Positions 61,216 to 64,000 of a DNA stretch of 64,000 bases are shown here, in pieces. Every line of letters begins with the position of its first letter. Position 1 is the stretch's first letter. This DNA comes from Haliotis rubra (lineage: Eukaryota), in the NCBI RefSeq assembly GCF_003918875.1, contig NW_025767298.1:558001-622000 (forward strand), read 5' to 3'. Position numbers and translations under genes: made by a program. A model generated the notes under the pieces. It ran no database searches, was not told the DNA's origin, and was given only the letters and a program-made list of their open reading frames with translations.

Positions 61216-64000
61216 AATATCAATAACATGGTACTTGATAGATACCTTTCACATGTTGTTAATGCATTACGATCCAGAGGACCCGGATATACATGTCGAT
61301 CCAAAGATAACCTCTCTCAAAGCCTAATCGATTATTTTCTTGTTCCATCTTGGGTTCAGGGCTATGTTACAAATCGTGAAGTGATAGACTCATGCCCTTA
61401 TTCAGTATCCGATCACTTTCCTTGTCTTATGTCCCTTTCAGAACACGTCCTACGCCATGATGATTTTAACAAAAACCCTAAAGTCCCAAAATGGAACAAA
61501 GCTAACAGGGACAACTTAGATATGTTTGAGTATGAAGTAGACAAATATCTCAGTTTTGTATATCACCAAAGCACACAATCTACAACTGACCATTGTCAAG
61601 TTATAGAAAACCATTGTCAGATTATTACTAAGGGCCTTATACAGGCCAGCTGTAAATGTATCCCACAAAGTACATTCAAGCCTTATCTAAAGCCATACTG
61701 GAAACAGGATGGTTTAGATAATGCCCACTACCGTATGAGAGTTGCTCGTAGAGCATGGGTTAACAGTGGTAAGCCCAGAAATGACGACTCGGATGTATTA
61801 TTATCATATAAAACTGAAAAGTCAAACTTTAGACGTCTGCATCGAAAATCTAAAAGATCTAAAAAGCGTGGGATTTTGACTGAAATTGAACATGCAGCTG
61901 AACTTGATATCAATACCTTTTACAAAACTGTCAGAAAACAAAGATCCACAACTGATGTTATAACCACACTTAACTATGATAATGAAAATGAATCAACACC
62001 TGCTGGTATATGTAGATTGTGGGGTAAATATTACTCGGACTGAGCTCAGCCTCACACCTCACAGATGTTTGATGATGACTTTAAAGATGAAATATGTCAG
62101 AGGGTTGAATTTATTGAAGCATTAGATGACTATTTAATCGATGAAGGACTGGAAAAGGATTTTACAGATAACGAGGTACGTGAGACTGTCAAATCTCTCT
62201 GCAAAAACAAATCTCCAGGCCCAGATAACATTACAAATGAGCACATTATCCACGGGGGGCAGTGTCTCATTACACACCTTTGTGACCTGTTTAACAAAAT
62301 AATTAAATTTCGCTATGTGCCTTTTAACTATAGATTTGGTATGGTCATTCCAATCTATAAAGGTAAAAAGGAAATATCCGATCCCCGAAACTATAGGGGA
62401 ATTACTCTAACGTCATGCCTTGGAAAACTTTTTGATCAGCTATTACTTTAACGAATAGAAACTAAATTACTTGAAAATAATCCTTACTTCCCTGATATAC
62501 TCCAGTTTGGATTTAGAAAGGAACATGGCGCAGTTATGAGCGTTTTTGCTCTTATTGAAAGTATCGGGTATTACATTGAGAGAAACTCTACAGTATATGC
62601 TGCCTTTTTAGATAACGAAAAAGCATTTGACAGAATATGGCACGATGGTCTATTTTACAAGTTACATCAACTGGGCATCCAGGGAAACATCTGGAAACTA
62701 CTGCACTACAGCTATACAAATAGTTATGCTTTTGTAAGATATAAGGGTGAAAAATCTGACAGCAAGGTGTTGGCCAAGGCAGAGTAATGTCGTCCTGGTT
62801 CTTCCTAGTGTTTATAAATGACTTAATTTCTTCTCTGAGACAGGCTAGTAATGGCCTAAGGGTGTATGGTGTGAATGTTCCGACTATATTGCTTGCTGAC
62901 GACACAACACTTGTTAGTACTTCACCAAAGGGACTTCAAATCGCTCTCGATACTGTACATACAAATGCCAATAAATGGCGCTTAACATACAATCCTGCAA
63001 AAAGCACAGTAATCATTTTTAATAAACGTAAACGTAAAGTTAACACTGTAAACTACACTCTTGGCAATGAAAACATCGCACCAGCAGATTCCACTACTTA
63101 CGGCGGTATACTTCTAACGTCTGATTTAACATGTAAATCTAGAATTGAAAAGTGCTGTCAGAAGGCAAGACAGAATGTTAATTCCCCTAAATGCTTGGGG
63201 CTAAATAACACTGACCTACATCCAGCTACCAGTGTTAAGATATAGCAAAGAATGATTCTGAAAACAAGTTTTTATGGCTGTGAACTATTGTTGACATTAA
63301 AGGGCAGCAACTTTGGTTGCTAGAAAACACACAGCGGTACTTTGCCCGCACTGACCAGGGACTAGATAAGAGATCTCCGTCTGAATTCACTATTGCAAAC
63401 TATATACAACCTTAGAAACTACTTACATACTTACTTATACAGTGGTTCATTTCCCCCCAAACACCAGTGGAGACGAATTATAAACAAACACGTACAAGAA
63501 TATGAAGAACACATGTGGCGTAACAAAGTATCACTTAATGCAGGACTGTCTCGTTACATGCGAGCTCATACATCACTGACATATCACATACTTTTGAACT
63601 TAGCATTTTTATACCCTGAACACAGAGCAGCCTTGCAATTATGTTTGAAACTTTCATCACGAAATAAAATCTCAAAGGAATGTTTGCTTTGTAACAAGCA
63701 CGCTTATGACTATGACAACCATGTGATACTACACTGTGAAAAATTATTAGGTCTCCGAAATAACTTTTTCTTATCTCTGATTGATCTACTTGATGTTGAA
63801 ACCTGTGTAAATTTTGAAATGTTGGCGGACGACGAAATGCTGTCAACTCTCCAAGGTGCAGCTACACAGTTCACACGATCCCTAGTGCGGGACACATACC
63901 ATGTTGTCATTATAAACTTTGCAAACTATGTCTATCATTTGAAACAATATCTTGAGTTTGTATTTTAATGGAGGCACAAGTGACGCCATCCCTTTGTGAA
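61216..64000 (+). mobile_element. Second, related but diverged APE-RT LINE, 5'-truncated inside the APE domain
   Basis: SLIDYF..SDHF, FKPYLKPYWK, KSPGPD, NYRGITL, QFGFR, FLDNEKAFDRIW, ILLADD, CLLC..HVILHC. ORF2 stop at 63968; several stops and frameshifts. Confidence 0.9.

Overview
AT-rich, repeat-dense animal DNA, most likely a mollusc; the dominant SINE resembles the abalone (Haliotis) SINE as I remember it, not searched. Three spliced host loci can be rebuilt by hand. (1) A frameshifted MFSD4/NAGLT1-like MFS transporter pseudogene (+, 2409-8663). (2) A 14-coding-exon SLC6/NSS sodium:neurotransmitter symporter paralog A (+, 18221-32673) broken by 4-bp and 8-bp deletions. (3) Its convergent paralog B (-, 51000-37357) with an intact 597-aa frame. 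Both SLC6 copies share strongly non-canonical substrate, Na1 and gate residues: TM1 GYSVG[D/E]GTLLKFP, TM3 Tyr->Thr, TM6 YALHSMG, SHN in place of SYN. They also share a GC-AG intron. This atypical transporter pair is the most interesting signal. The rest is mobile DNA: an intact DD34E Tc1, an intron-containing hAT, a decayed mariner, Crypton-like tyrosine-recombinase elements (one with a terminal hairpin), a THAP-bearing Kolobok-like element nested in a minisatellite-expanded MITE, several LINE lineages (one with a decayed 2A-like motif), tRNA-SINEs sharing a 3' tail with an RNase-H LINE, and a 34-bp satellite interrupted by two related LINEs. There is one assembly gap (43474-43642).
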